A stretch of DNA of 64,000 bases from Zancudomyces culisetae HAW-14-8 (taxonomy: Eukaryota > Fungi > Kickxellomycota). The notes below the pieces were generated by a model. That model saw nothing but the letters and a program-made list of their open reading frames with translations. It was not told where the DNA came from and did not search any database. Location: NCBI GenBank assembly GCA_052426225.1, contig JBNJNM010000015.1, positions 1,488,001 to 1,552,000 on the forward strand. Reading direction: 5' to 3'. Shown here piece by piece: positions 52,701 to 64,000 of the stretch; within the stretch, counting starts at the first letter, position 1; the number at the start of each line of letters is the position of its first letter. A program made the position numbers and the translations under genes.

Positions 52701-54948
52701 ATGCTCTTTTTTTTTTCCTGAGCTGCGCTAAAAGTCGCAACTCAACGTATATACTCGCGCTAATTCGAATATGTAAAGGGAATAGCACATGGTTAGATAT
52801 CCACAGATGCCCTCCTATTCTCAGGGAGAAAAATACAACATATGGGATTAGTGAAAAATTTCGAATGCTTGTTAATATTGATTCTATTGCATTTAAAATG
52901 CTCAAATAGCTTTTGTATAAGAGCTCATTTGTTAGTACATTTGAAAATAGATGTGTGTGCCCAGTAAAAACTAATTCTTGGGCTTGCCAATCACTAATAT
53001 TACTATTGCTGCTATTGTTGTTTTGGTGTTGTATAGTGTTCCCTGAATTACATGATTATATAGATCAAAGCACAAAAATGGCGTGCTTGAGCAGCCAGGT
53101 TCGCATAATAGCAAATGACTAGATGTATATCTAAAGTGCGCGTATTCTACCATTTACACAGCTCAAAAGTACTAGACAAGTGAACATTAATTAAAATTTT
53201 GAAGCTATTATCATCTTGTACCAACACATGCTGGTATACTACTCATAAGCTGATATACCTCCCCAAAATCCACAAAAATTTTGTTCATATGAGATAATGT
53301 CATACCAATAAGTCATTAAAAAGATAGAATATCAGTGAAATGGCTTAGATTCTAGTTAATACAAATTGTGGCCGTCTATATTGCACATACAAGTTTAAAA
53401 ACAACACTTTAATGAAGGGGGTGATATTTTTATAACACTATTCTCACATGGAGTACCTATAAAGAAAGCGCATATGCGTTTTTGGTAAAGATGCGTGATC
53501 ATTTCGACACGCAAACTTGTAGTGAGGGATTTATACTGAATTATTTTATTTCACCAATTGAGGTGTATGAAGGCATTGAAGTGGTGATGGGTGTGATGTA
53601 TTGGTGTGTTGGATGAGAAGAGGGGATGCGATTAGAAGGGGGGAGGCTTCTCACCAGAATTTGAACTTTGGTTCGAACATACAAGAAAAATATCAATGGT
53701 TTTACATATACACTTTTTTTTTTTTGAAAAGTCCTGGTATTTTGATGAGCGATTAGGTATGCAAAGCACTATGTCCACAGCAAGTTTCCATTCTAGATCC
53801 AAGCTTGGTGGTAATGGCATCTATTGGTAGAGCGGAGATATTGGGGAGGGGGGAAACGGAAAATACGTTTCAATGATGAGTCCAGTAGGAAATTTGGTGA
53901 AGCTGATCAAGCCACCATTAAAAATGCAAATTAGCAAATGGGATGCATCCTAAAAATAACAAACGCTGCCTTTTGTTGGATTTTAATTGGGCTGGGCATT
54001 TAAAGGGGAGAAAATTCATGCCAAACTTTTCTAGCGAGAACAAAAGAAAAGACGGTAGAGGAAAGCTGAAGGGATTATTGGCAAAGGCGATATTTTCCTA
54101 GTAGTTCTGCAAGAAAGAAACCACAAGGAATGGGTCGTAGAAAAAACATCTTTGGTTAAAATTTGGATAGTTACACCAGCTTGCTTTCTATACCAACAAA
54201 AAATCAGAAGAAAAAAAAAACGACAAAGATGAGTTAAAACTCCTCTCAATGATGGGATTAGAAATCATTTATTCATTTGTTTACGCCTTTAACTGCGGTG
54301 AAAAAAAAAATGTTTGGATAAAAAATCTAAACTCAACTCCCTTATACATGGAGCAGAAAATACCAAAGACAAAAGCAAAGGAAAAGTGTAGCCTACTAAC
54401 CAAAAACACACCTTTTCTACCAGTAATACAATAAATCCCTACAAAACTAGATCCATAAGTTTATATTAAAAGGTGTTGAACTTTTAACCATTCAATGAAA
54501 TCCACAACTATTAAAATTCAGTAAACCGAGCAAGTCTAATAAGGAAGTAAAGGAAAAAAAATCGACGTTGGAATTTTTTAGGCTGAGACAAGCACAGAGA
54601 TAAAGCTTCATAAAAGCGTTATAAGAAATTATGAACTCATTCAAAAGGTATGAAAAAAAGCCTCTAGTAATTAGTTTTCCCTTTCGCAAGACCAATTAAA
54701 TGTCGATATATATACTTTGTTTATTCATATCCACAAAATGATGGTGTAATATTGACGGCTGTTCAATAAAATAAAGAGCCTTTTTATATCGTGAAAAGGG
54801 ATTCTTATTTGAAATTGTCGCTTAGGTATAAGAAAAAAATAAATTTTATAAGATTTTTGCATATCAAATGAAATATAAGAGAGTAAACTGATATAACCTC
54901 CAGTCCTTTTTTATAAAATATTTTGAAAAACAATAAATAGTCGAGACA

Positions 54949-57900
54949 ATGGGAATAATTAGTTGTGGTATGAAATCGAATGAAACAATACTAAAAAGAT
55001 TGATATTATACAAACCGTTTAGGATATACATAAAGCATGCAACAATAATTGAAAACTGTTACCCAAAGGGAAAGGATATTGAGACAAAACCACTGTCGAA
55101 TGAACTTTCATATCTGACATATTACACTAAAAGCAAGCCGGCAAAGCTTGCAAAGGTGGGTAAATACTTACACAGACGGGTGGCACGCGATCTAAAGTCA
55201 AAAAGAAACAAAGATGTGGCAATAGATCTGATGATCTTTGAGGCACTTTTGGAGTCAAACCCTAAAGATATACATTACTTTGGTACAAAAATGCTTAAGT
55301 GTATTCAAATGGTGTTGGATTCCAAGAACCTGGACCATATATGGAAGGCAGCAGAGGTGATGTGTCTTTTCTGTAAGCAACACAGCGGTGCAATAGCAGT
55401 GATATCTGAAGAGATCATAGATATGTATAATGACCTAATATCCGAGTTTTCAAAATTCCTAGTTACTGCCGAGACTGATAAGGCTAGGAAGCTACAGTGC
55501 CAAACAATTGGGCTCAAGGTTGTGTATGCAGTGATTAAGTGTCAGGATACTTACACAGACGAAACCAGAGAAAAGCTAAATCAAGTTGTGTATTCGTTAT
55601 TGGAGAGCATTCTATCCAACAACAAAGGCAAATATGCTTTGGAAGAGTCTAAGGAGCGCGCAGCGGATGATACACTGGGGTTGATAGAAATAAACGAAGA
55701 GGATATCGAGTATGTGGAGCAGGTTAAACAGGAGGAGGTTATTGACAGTGAAAAGCAAGATCAGATCATAGCCCGGATAGAGATGGCAAAATGGGGGGCG
55801 TTGAGGAGGCTTACAAAGTTGGCATATGGGTCTAATTTGCGATATGTAATTCTTGCGGTATTCAAGTTTATAGACAGTTGTCCAGATCACTGGGCGTATC
55901 CGAATTATGGAAAGGAACTAATGGGTTTTTTGGCAAGGCAGCTACAGCCTCAGTATCAAAACATAGTTATTACAGAGCTATTGCTATGTTTGGGACGATT
56001 AACAGGTAAAAGGTCAAAGAAGAATGATCAAAAACAATATTGTTTGGTTGCAATATTGAGATACTTGTTACAAGGACCTGTGGTCTTGGAGGGGGTATCG
56101 GTTTTGGAGGTTCTGGCGGTACTTGTTTCAATATTGATGAGTGAGGTGGGAACAGGAACAATTAAAAGCCGAACGCACGTGAACGACGTAGAAAAGACCG
56201 AAGAGAATGGTGCAGTTAGACGAAGGCTCATCGAGGAATTAGAGGAATGTATAGCAGTTCTTGTAAAGAGAAAATATTATGCAAACCAAACTTGCGATAT
56301 TTTGACGACGCTTGTTGGACACATCAAGATAGAATCAAAGGGAGACATGGGTAAACTAAAAAACTCCACGCATCAGAAAAACATGAGTCTGCTGAGAGCA
56401 ATTAAAAAAGCATTAATTAATTTGGAGGGTGGAGTCCAGGAAAACAGATTTGGGATACAGGGAGATGTGAATGCATGGTCATGGACGCCAATAGCTACAA
56501 TATGCATGTTGCTGCCTGAGGCAGACGATGAAATGAAGCTCCTGATCGGACAGATAGCATGTTTGGCGCTAAAAGCGTCTAGTACCAAAAAGGACAAAAC
56601 GAAGGAGAGGCACACGCATAGGCGCTACACCTTGACTGCAGAGCGGGGCAAAGGGATCGACAGGGTAATTTCCACTATGCTTACGCTACTAACTAATCAA
56701 AATCGTGCCAGTAACTACAATTATTACGTTTCAAGCTATTTTTTCAAATACGCACTCAAGTACTGTCCGGGATATAGATTTATAATGCTTAAGGCGTTGA
56801 GTCTTATCTACAACGGACGCACAATCACGCAAAAATCACACGAAGTGCAGTTTTATTGCATTCAAACAGTATACAGTATATATATTAAAGCTCTTGCAGA
56901 AAAATGCAAGAAACGAACATCTGAACTCAGTAATTACATCGAAAGCACAATTTCAAGCCAAAAGTCACGATCATGCTGGGTTGATCTAATTGAAGAAAGA
57001 ATGGACACGGATATTAAGTGCTGGCCGGGCCCAAAAAATAACGACAAATTCAATACCAGCTTTACTGAGGGTAGCGGAAAGCTTGTAACCGGATCAGCGA
57101 ATGACCAGCAAAATAGTGATCTTTGGGATTCGGCTCTTCTGGCAGGGTTGTTTATTGGGTCAAATCCCACAATTTCAAAGAGATATCTAGAAACGCTAAA
57201 ATCAATGCAGACAGTTGATGCAGAGGGTACAGAAGCTAGTATTGATGCAGTTTTGACATCCCTTTTGTACTGCAGTGCTGAGGATAATGGTGAAAACCTT
57301 GCCGATGAAAAAGACGAACTTCTCCCTGTCACTTCTGGTTTCGTATCTGAGGATAGGAGAGTCGATACCGAACTTGATCTAAAGGACTACGAATTAGGCA
57401 ATGATTCAGAAAACATAGTGATGGAAAAAACCATGCTTAATTCAGAGCTCTTCGACTCAAGGCCTTCGTTGAGCGTGTTGGATACCAGCGACCTATTAAA
57501 GGCCGGCGAGAAGGCTATTATGCTGGATCCAGTCCTACCTGAGCTCAAGTTGCGGGGTCTTCCAAATGTTTTCCCATCTCCAATAATGACTTCTGTGCTA
57601 CCTTATATGACACAAAACCCTCCGAAAAACTCCATTTCTACTGGTTCTCATCACAACAATACTTTTGTCGAACCACTGAGTTATGCTAATAAAGATGAGA
57701 ACGAAAAAAACTCAGAAAAAAATCTCGCTTCGGGCTCCAAAAACCCATCTGAAAGGAGCAAAGCAACAATGGATTTTTCCGCACTTGTCTACCAGGATTT
57801 ATCTGAGGGCTTCTCTAACGTCTTGGCCAACAGTGTGGGTTATTCCAATGACGACGGCACAAAAAACATGCAATATGAAAAGCAGCTGAACCAAGGGTTG

Positions 57901-58290
57901 GTCTCTTATGATATTCACAGCGACGAGTCGTTTAACAGAGGGTTTTCAGACAATTTAAATGTCGCCCACTTTAAGAAAGTTCTGAGTTCTGGCTTTGCTG
58001 ATGTGAACACCATGTTAATGAACAAAGACGCCAACGTAACTGCTGTTCATTTCGATGAAAATAATAGTAGTGTAAAGGCTAATAGTAGGAGTAATGTTGT
58101 CAACGGAAACAGTAAGAGTAGCAGCCAGTCTGCGGTAGGAACCCAGTTATATAGTTTGTCACAGGGTAATGCTTTGGTAGAGTCAAGTTCAAGCGATGAA
58201 GACGATGATCAAAGCTTTGATATTCATGATAGAGACTATTATAACAGCTCTAATAAAGCTGACCATGTCTTTTCGTATCTAAAAATATAG
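54949..58290 (+). CDS. EFR3: Efr3, plasma-membrane scaffold of the PI4-kinase (Stt4) complex
   Basis: KHATIIENCYP...NELSYLTYYTKSKPAKLAKVGKYL, PQY..IV, G.SVLEVL and YYANQTCDI motifs; 1113 aa. Confidence 0.93.
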   Translation: MGIISCGMKSNETILKRLILYKPFRIYIKHATIIENCYPKGKDIETKPLSNELSYLTYYTKSKPAKLAKVGKYLHRRVARDLKSKRNKDVAIDLMIFEALLESNPKDIHYFGTKMLKCIQMVLDSKNLDHIWKAAEVMCLFCKQHSGAIAVISEEIIDMYNDLISEFSKFLVTAETDKARKLQCQTIGLKVVYAVIKCQDTYTDETREKLNQVVYSLLESILSNNKGKYALEESKERAADDTLGLIEINEEDIEYVEQVKQEEVIDSEKQDQIIARIEMAKWGALRRLTKLAYGSNLRYVILAVFKFIDSCPDHWAYPNYGKELMGFLARQLQPQYQNIVITELLLCLGRLTGKRSKKNDQKQYCLVAILRYLLQGPVVLEGVSVLEVLAVLVSILMSEVGTGTIKSRTHVNDVEKTEENGAVRRRLIEELEECIAVLVKRKYYANQTCDILTTLVGHIKIESKGDMGKLKNSTHQKNMSLLRAIKKALINLEGGVQENRFGIQGDVNAWSWTPIATICMLLPEADDEMKLLIGQIACLALKASSTKKDKTKERHTHRRYTLTAERGKGIDRVISTMLTLLTNQNRASNYNYYVSSYFFKYALKYCPGYRFIMLKALSLIYNGRTITQKSHEVQFYCIQTVYSIYIKALAEKCKKRTSELSNYIESTISSQKSRSCWVDLIEERMDTDIKCWPGPKNNDKFNTSFTEGSGKLVTGSANDQQNSDLWDSALLAGLFIGSNPTISKRYLETLKSMQTVDAEGTEASIDAVLTSLLYCSAEDNGENLADEKDELLPVTSGFVSEDRRVDTELDLKDYELGNDSENIVMEKTMLNSELFDSRPSLSVLDTSDLLKAGEKAIMLDPVLPELKLRGLPNVFPSPIMTSVLPYMTQNPPKNSISTGSHHNNTFVEPLSYANKDENEKNSEKNLASGSKNPSERSKATMDFSALVYQDLSEGFSNVLANSVGYSNDDGTKNMQYEKQLNQGLVSYDIHSDESFNRGFSDNLNVAHFKKVLSSGFADVNTMLMNKDANVTAVHFDENNSSVKANSRSNVVNGNSKSSSQSAVGTQLYSLSQGNALVESSSSDEDDDQSFDIHDRDYYNSSNKADHVFSYLKI

Positions 58291-58576
58291 TTTTTAACTC
58301 TTTTTTTTACGCCTTTTATTGTTTTTTTAATTTTTTTGTAACTCATCCCTCCTAAAGCCAAGCGCTGGTTATTATTTGAGACGTTTACCGATTCAGTATA
58401 GCTTGGATTAAATTTTGGTATTCTTCGTAGCAAGTAAATAAATTATGATTCTTCTTTCATGATTAGGTAAAAGGTATTGAGAAAATTGGCCCTAGTTTAT
58501 TTATTGGAAAATTACTCAAGGATTTGAGTATAGAAAAACCAAAGGAAAGAAGTACAGAGAAGAAGTATGAGTTAAA

Positions 58577-60438
58577 ATGAGTATAAAAAACTGCTTTTTC
58601 AAGGAGAAGCAGCACGACTCTTCAAACGGTAAGGTGCCTTGTTACTAGCTTGTACTTTTTGTTATACGAAGAGAGAACCGCAACTATAGCATTATATATA
58701 AGCAAGCAATACAATTGTAATTGGATTGGATAAAACGTTATTTTGAAATAGATTACGAGGCTCTCTATACTCTGAAAACGGATATAGTTGGTGACAGAGA
58801 GTTTAGCAGGGTTAGTAAAGGCCTTTTACTTTTACTTTTACTTTTACTTTATCTTTATTTGTATTTTTGTAGTGATATTTCCAAATTGTTTGTTTAACTG
58901 TTGCTCCGCGCGGGTGAGCTGAGACCAGCTACATTTGTATTATTTTCAGAGACTACAAACATAGTACATTTTATAGATAAAGCAGGAAAAGCAAAAAGCA
59001 ATTGAGAGATTTCGAGCTCCAAGATTTCTGAATCCCATTCAGAACAGTGGCACTAACTCTGATGGTTATATTGAAAACAAGAGGGGCGATCTTGATCTGC
59101 TTTCAGGCATTTTACTCCCGGGACACATAGAGAACTCTACTGCTGAAGATTTTGGTGACTCTGAAGAGAGTTATAGAAATGTTGTGCCAAGAAATCAAAT
59201 AACCGAGATATTTGGAAAGAGGGGGCTGGTAATGTTGTTTCTTTGCTTAAAGATAGCAATACAATTCATTAAAGAAGATCCAGGCAATACGGTTGTGATA
59301 TATCACCACGATCATATTTCAAAGTACAGAAATAAAGTCCATAGCATACTACGTCTATTATGCAGCAATGTAAGCCGTTTTGTTCTTTTTTTTTTCTTTC
59401 CCTTTCTTGCACTTTTTTTCCATGTTACGAATATACACATTAAGGAAAGACTAGAGTGAAAGCATCAAATGTTATTGGTGAATAGGTAAATGAAATTCTC
59501 GAAAGGGTGAATTTTGTGTGGGTTGGTGACACTTATGACTTGATAACCGGTTTGGAATCGGAGATATTATCACAAAAACACGGGGAAAGTAAAAGTAGTA
59601 GGTGTGATAACAGGTTGGTGATAATAGACGATATCTATACGCTGATGGGTGCTACTGATTCGGCTTCATTATTTCAATCAAGCTCAATGTCAATCCAACG
59701 GCTCTTGTTTTCACTCACAAGAAGTTGCAATGCCACCGTGCTATCGATTAATTTTTCCGTAAATATTACAAATAAAAAGGTAATCGGAACGCAAATACAT
59801 AATGGTAGTTTTATATATGCAGAAACAAGAGATAGCGGTGTATTTGGGTTAAGTGACATCAGGGTGGTAAACCCAGATCACTCTCGGCAAGGTCAGCAGC
59901 AAGAACAATACCAAAAGAGCCAAGATGAAAGGGAGAATGGTGTTGAGAATGGTGATGATGGCGATGATGGTCAAAACAGTTCTCCAAAAGTATTTGGGTT
60001 AAGGCATGGACTGGGAAGTATTTGGGCGAATTATTGCCACGCAAGAATATGGGTTAACTGTACTGAAAAAATCATTTCTCCGAGCTATTCGATTTATAAC
60101 GATCTTAAGATTGACTACAAAATCAGCATTACTGAAAGGATTCATAACTCCGCCGAGAATAATGATGGCGAAAATAAAGATAGTTGGGCTCCAAGTGTTT
60201 TAGCTTTAACACTTATAGATAGTAGCAACTCCGATGCGACAATTGATGACGAGTATTTAGGATATAAGGGAAAGACGTGTCAGGCTGTGCTTATTAGATC
60301 ACTTTGTTTGGTAAGACCAATAATAATTTTTTTTTTGTTTATCCATATTCAGCCCACTCTTCTTTATTACCAGCATTCAACAACTGTTTATAAAATTTAA
60401 AATAGAGATGTCCGAAGCATTTCAGCTTTGTATTATAA
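58577..60438 (+). CDS. Divergent RAD51-paralog (RecA-fold) protein with degenerate Walker A
   Basis: Exons 58577..58628, 58752..58810, 58977..59369, 59486..60310 and 60406..60438. Motifs ITEIFGKRGLVMLFLC, ILERV, RLVIIDDI (Walker B), ATVLSIN and GLGSIWANYCHARI. Confidence 0.75.
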
Positions 60439-60513
60439 ACAGTTCATTTATTTAACAAAGGAATGTACCACTAGTTTTTTAACTACAGCTTCTTCCTCCC
60501 CTATTTTTTTTCT

Positions 60514-62527
60514 TTATAAGCGTGGTGATTCCCATAAATAGCTCACTTTATCATAAAATGAACAACTTAAAACGATATCCTTATCCATATTGCCAAAGTA
60601 GTTCCAATCGGCACCATACCCTAAAGATTGGTGTTTTGTAAATTGGTTTATACTGTTAACTTTTTTGCTATCAATAGACAAATCCAATGTACAGATTCCA
60701 CTATTCATCGCTGCAACCAGTAATTTTTCTTGGCTTTTGGGATGCCACTTGACTCTCCATATTCCGCTTCCGTCTATATACTCGCTAATAATGGGGGATT
60801 TCATTGACCTCTTATCCCATACATTTACAGTTGAGTCGTAGCTATCAGCATGCAGTATTTAAGAGTGTATTGATAGTTGTTTCTGAAGAGACTCATAGCT
60901 TTATTATAATACCATATACTATTTCTAGTATTTGAGAATATGTATAAAGTTAATAAAAGTTTTAACTTTACCTTCCTGTTGCTAATAAATGCTGATTATG
61001 AGGGTTAGATTGTATACTACAAACACCTGCCTGGTGACTATACCATCAATATTTGGATATTGTGTTATTTATTCGAAATATATTGATGAGGTATGTTAAT
61101 CAGTATGTTGAAATGTCATTTCAAAAGGTGTAAAGGTGTACTTACAACTTTGAGGTAAATATGGGAACTGCTGCATCTTGTCTAATGTCCCAGCCCTTGA
61201 ATAGACCGTCGTCTCCACCTATCAAAAAACAACAAACACACATTACTTTTATAAACAGGATAGTCCAATTGTTTGTGTCAAGAGTATTCTATTTTTGAAT
61301 ACATACCTGTGTATATAGTGTTTCCATAATTATGATAGTCAAACGCCGTTATCCACGCTTCAAAATCGTGAGCTTTAAAATCATTAATCAGGGATAAACC
61401 GTTGTTTGAACCCTGCGAGTCTGTCAGTTTATGAACTTTAATGTGCCCGTTATCAAAAGAACTTGATATCAGTGGTTCGTCGCTATTTTTGACATTAAGG
61501 TTCCAGTTTATCATACTCTTTGCTTCATTATATTATATTATATTATACTATATTAAAGTGTATTATAGCTATCTATGTTACAGCTATCTCTATATACTAT
61601 CAACAAAAAGTACCTCTGGAAAACCCTATTTGACCAATCCAAAGACAGGCACATCTCTGACTTGCCATTGTTGTCATGTTCGAATCCATCATCTGAGCTT
61701 AGAAGTTCAGTTAGCCAGTTCTTATATGGATGAAAAAATTAATACACATATATATCATTATTTGATTTAAATACAATACAATTTTAGATTTTGAACTTGG
61801 TGGGATGATCTTTACCTTGCTATTTTCGTCATTATTTGCTTGATATATAGTTATCTTTCCATCGGAGCCACTCTGTCCCAATAAATGTTTGTTGCACACC
61901 GGGTTGTGCGACCTAAATCGTTAAAATTTGTTTGCTGTTTTTTGAGAGTGCGATGAGAGAGTAGAGCTTAATTAACAATCGGATACATCCAATACCAATA
62001 TCATTAATGACACAAAAAATTTTAAAAATTTGGGTTTTAGGGTGTATAAGACTTGCCATTTTATATCAAAAACGCCGCAGCAGTAGATTTCCTCAATCTC
62101 TTTTCTATTCAATAGTTGAAAAGTTCAATGTAAGTTTTGCTTGCTTGATATAAACATTAAAATATACGATATTATCATACGTTAATGCTACTCTTATAAG
62201 CAGAAATTTCATAAAGTTAATGCTAAAAAATATATGCTTTAATCAGTATGGGGAATAGAATAGAGAATAGTAAAAGGCTCACATTGAATATTTCCCATCA
62301 GTGTCCGCAATAACGTCTACAACATTCAACTTTCCACATCTTCGTTGTGTGTTACTATCGGCTGTATCGCCAGGCTCTGTCAATAGCTGATACATGCCCA
62401 TAACAAATCTTGATACTAGATTTGGTTCTCCAAAAGAATTTTCAAATGGATATGTCTCTACACAATCAGCAGTAAATTCGAGGTCCATTTTTGCCATTTC
62501 GGTGACTATTTCGTTAATATTTGCCAT
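60514..62527 (-). CDS. DPH7: Diphthine methylesterase Dph7/Rrt2 (WDR85)
   Basis: Multi-exon gene: ADCVE, GMYQL, FDIKW, MCLSLDW, AHDFEAW, TGGDDG, ATGSYD, GIWRVKWHP, SCSFYDK. Includes one GC-AG intron. Confidence 0.95.
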
Positions 62528-62870
62528 TCTTGCCCAATTTCAAATAAAATGTATATTTAGCGTATTTTCAGTTTAACCAGAGTTTTATTTCTCTCTCCCC
62601 TATATTATCGATATATAAATTCAAAGTTTATTAACTTGTGGGATTGTAATAAAATACCAAGAAAGAAAATTTGTAGATCAAATTTGTTTAAATGCGATTG
62701 ATTAAATGAAATAAATGGGCAAATGGTGTGTTAGCTTTTTTTATTATTGCTTTTTAGTTTGCTTGGTTTAATATATGAGCAAAAAAATTGCGTATTGTTA
62801 CTTGAATACACAAAACAATAAATCTTAGCAAATTTGAGGCGCATATTAGTGGAGGAAAACTTATATATAA

Positions 62871-64000
62871 ATGGAGAAGGAAACTATAGAAAAAGACATA
62901 GACAGAATTCTGAAAAGGATCCAGCGGGGTAACTCTGACATTAAGGAATATATCGTGGATTTGTCAGCAACGTTTAAATCCTTTATAGAACAAAAAGTCA
63001 GAAAATATGATTCGGCTAGTAAAAGAATGATTCTTCCCAGCCCTATAAATCCAAAATCTACGCTTGAGGACGGTACGAAATCAGAATGTTCACTTGATGA
63101 CTTTTGTACAAAAATATTTGAAGAGCTCATTGATCTACAAAAGCAGGTAAAGGCGTGGGGAGACTGCAAGGATAGAATAGAGAGTAAGGAGATGGAACAG
63201 GTTATCGGGCTAAAGGATAAATTGAACATTACACAAGCGATTGATTTTGTGCTATTGTTTGCAGTAGCACCAAAACTATTACGGGGTACTACAGTGGAGC
63301 TAAAAAAAAGATTTGAATTACCAGCCCTCAAAAAAATGCTGGGACTTGATCCCAAAATATTTGTTGAATACTATAGACTAGCAAGTAGGGATTATGATGA
63401 CTCGGGTTTTGAAGAGGGTAGGTTTTTAGAGCTGTACAAATGGACAAAAAAATTAGGGGAAGTTTGTGTTTATGACAAAGTAAATTATATTGATGTGTCA
63501 AGTATATTGAGGGAGCGTGGGCTGCTGGATATATTTTCAGGGCTTATACAAGTAGGGTATGCACCCAAAAAATATGGAAAAGGGTTGATAACTGAAGAAC
63601 AATCATTTTTTTTGAAAAGGTTATTTACAAAGCTATTTTTTATGACAAATGAACGTCTATTGATGGAGGTTTTCATGGGATTGATGAGTTACAGGGCAAG
63701 CCCATCTGTTGACAGGAGTATGCTGTGGTTTAAAAAACTGTGCAAAAGATTTATGGTTAAAACACTACAGCTTGAGAATGGAGTTAAAGTGCTGATCGAG
63801 TACGTGGTAGGTGATGATAAAGACAGTACTTTAACAGGAGAGAAAGCGGAAGATGTGTCTAATGTACTGCTTACACCTGGTCTTGGGACTGCGGGAGGTA
63901 ATGACAAAGAACTGACAGAGTACTTCACTAATATTGTGAATCAATTATTAAACCTGGCAGAGGAAAGCGACGATAACTCGGGTAGAATTGCGGTTAGCGT
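62871..64000 (+). CDS. RTP1: RNA polymerase II assembly factor Rtp1/TANGO6, 5' part; runs off the window
   Basis: Open frame from the ATG at 62871 to the window end, absent from the ORF track because there is no stop. Segments IGLKDKLNITQAIDFVLLFAVAPKLLRGTTVELKKR, DIFSGLIQVGYAP, WFKKLC...ENGV and EYFTNIVNQLLNL match Rtp1/TANGO6 blocks. Confidence 0.8.
   Translation, partial: MEKETIEKDIDRILKRIQRGNSDIKEYIVDLSATFKSFIEQKVRKYDSASKRMILPSPINPKSTLEDGTKSECSLDDFCTKIFEELIDLQKQVKAWGDCKDRIESKEMEQVIGLKDKLNITQAIDFVLLFAVAPKLLRGTTVELKKRFELPALKKMLGLDPKIFVEYYRLASRDYDDSGFEEGRFLELYKWTKKLGEVCVYDKVNYIDVSSILRERGLLDIFSGLIQVGYAPKKYGKGLITEEQSFFLKRLFTKLFFMTNERLLMEVFMGLMSYRASPSVDRSMLWFKKLCKRFMVKTLQLENGVKVLIEYVVGDDKDSTLTGEKAEDVSNVLLTPGLGTAGGNDKELTEYFTNIVNQLLNLAEESDDNSGRIAVS

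Noticed and set aside
54968-55022. Intron-like GTATGA...TTTAG in the EFR3 N-terminus
   Set aside because: Splicing it shifts the frame to an immediate stop, whereas the unspliced ORF is open.
58905-58935. GGGTG..CTGAGA suggesting an intronic TPP riboswitch
   Set aside because: The 3' half (GAACYTGATC..TAATRCC..CG.AGG) is absent and the host gene is unrelated to thiamine.

Overview
AT-rich, intron-containing eukaryotic DNA with short GT-AG introns and CTAAC/CTRAY-like branch sites. The gene content (PEX5, TRS33, LIS1, CMK1, EFR3, DPH7, RTP1, nuclear NDUFS2, MBIP) points to a fungus. It is probably an early-diverging, Zoopagomycota/Harpellales-like lineage; this is inference only. I hand-spliced about 20 protein genes. 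Main points of interest: (1) An intact 571-aa cytochrome P450-fold gene in which the invariant heme-ligating Cys is replaced by His and the I-helix oxygen-activation residues are lost. (2) A tandem pair of IAH1/SGNH esterases that is old by flank divergence but nearly identical by apparent gene conversion, except for divergence islands around the active-site loops; a relic of the neighbouring COA3 intron marks the duplication unit. (3) A RAD51-paralog-like gene with a dead Walker A and a structured intron holding a candidate poison exon. (4) A fungal MBIP-like gene carrying an AT-hook. (5) A head-to-head nucleoporin pair with a structured ncRNA candidate between the genes. (6) Several intron-hosted snoRNA-like candidates. 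I saw no tRNA, rRNA, CRISPR array or recognisable transposon. Exon coordinates and family calls come from manual reading, not database searches.
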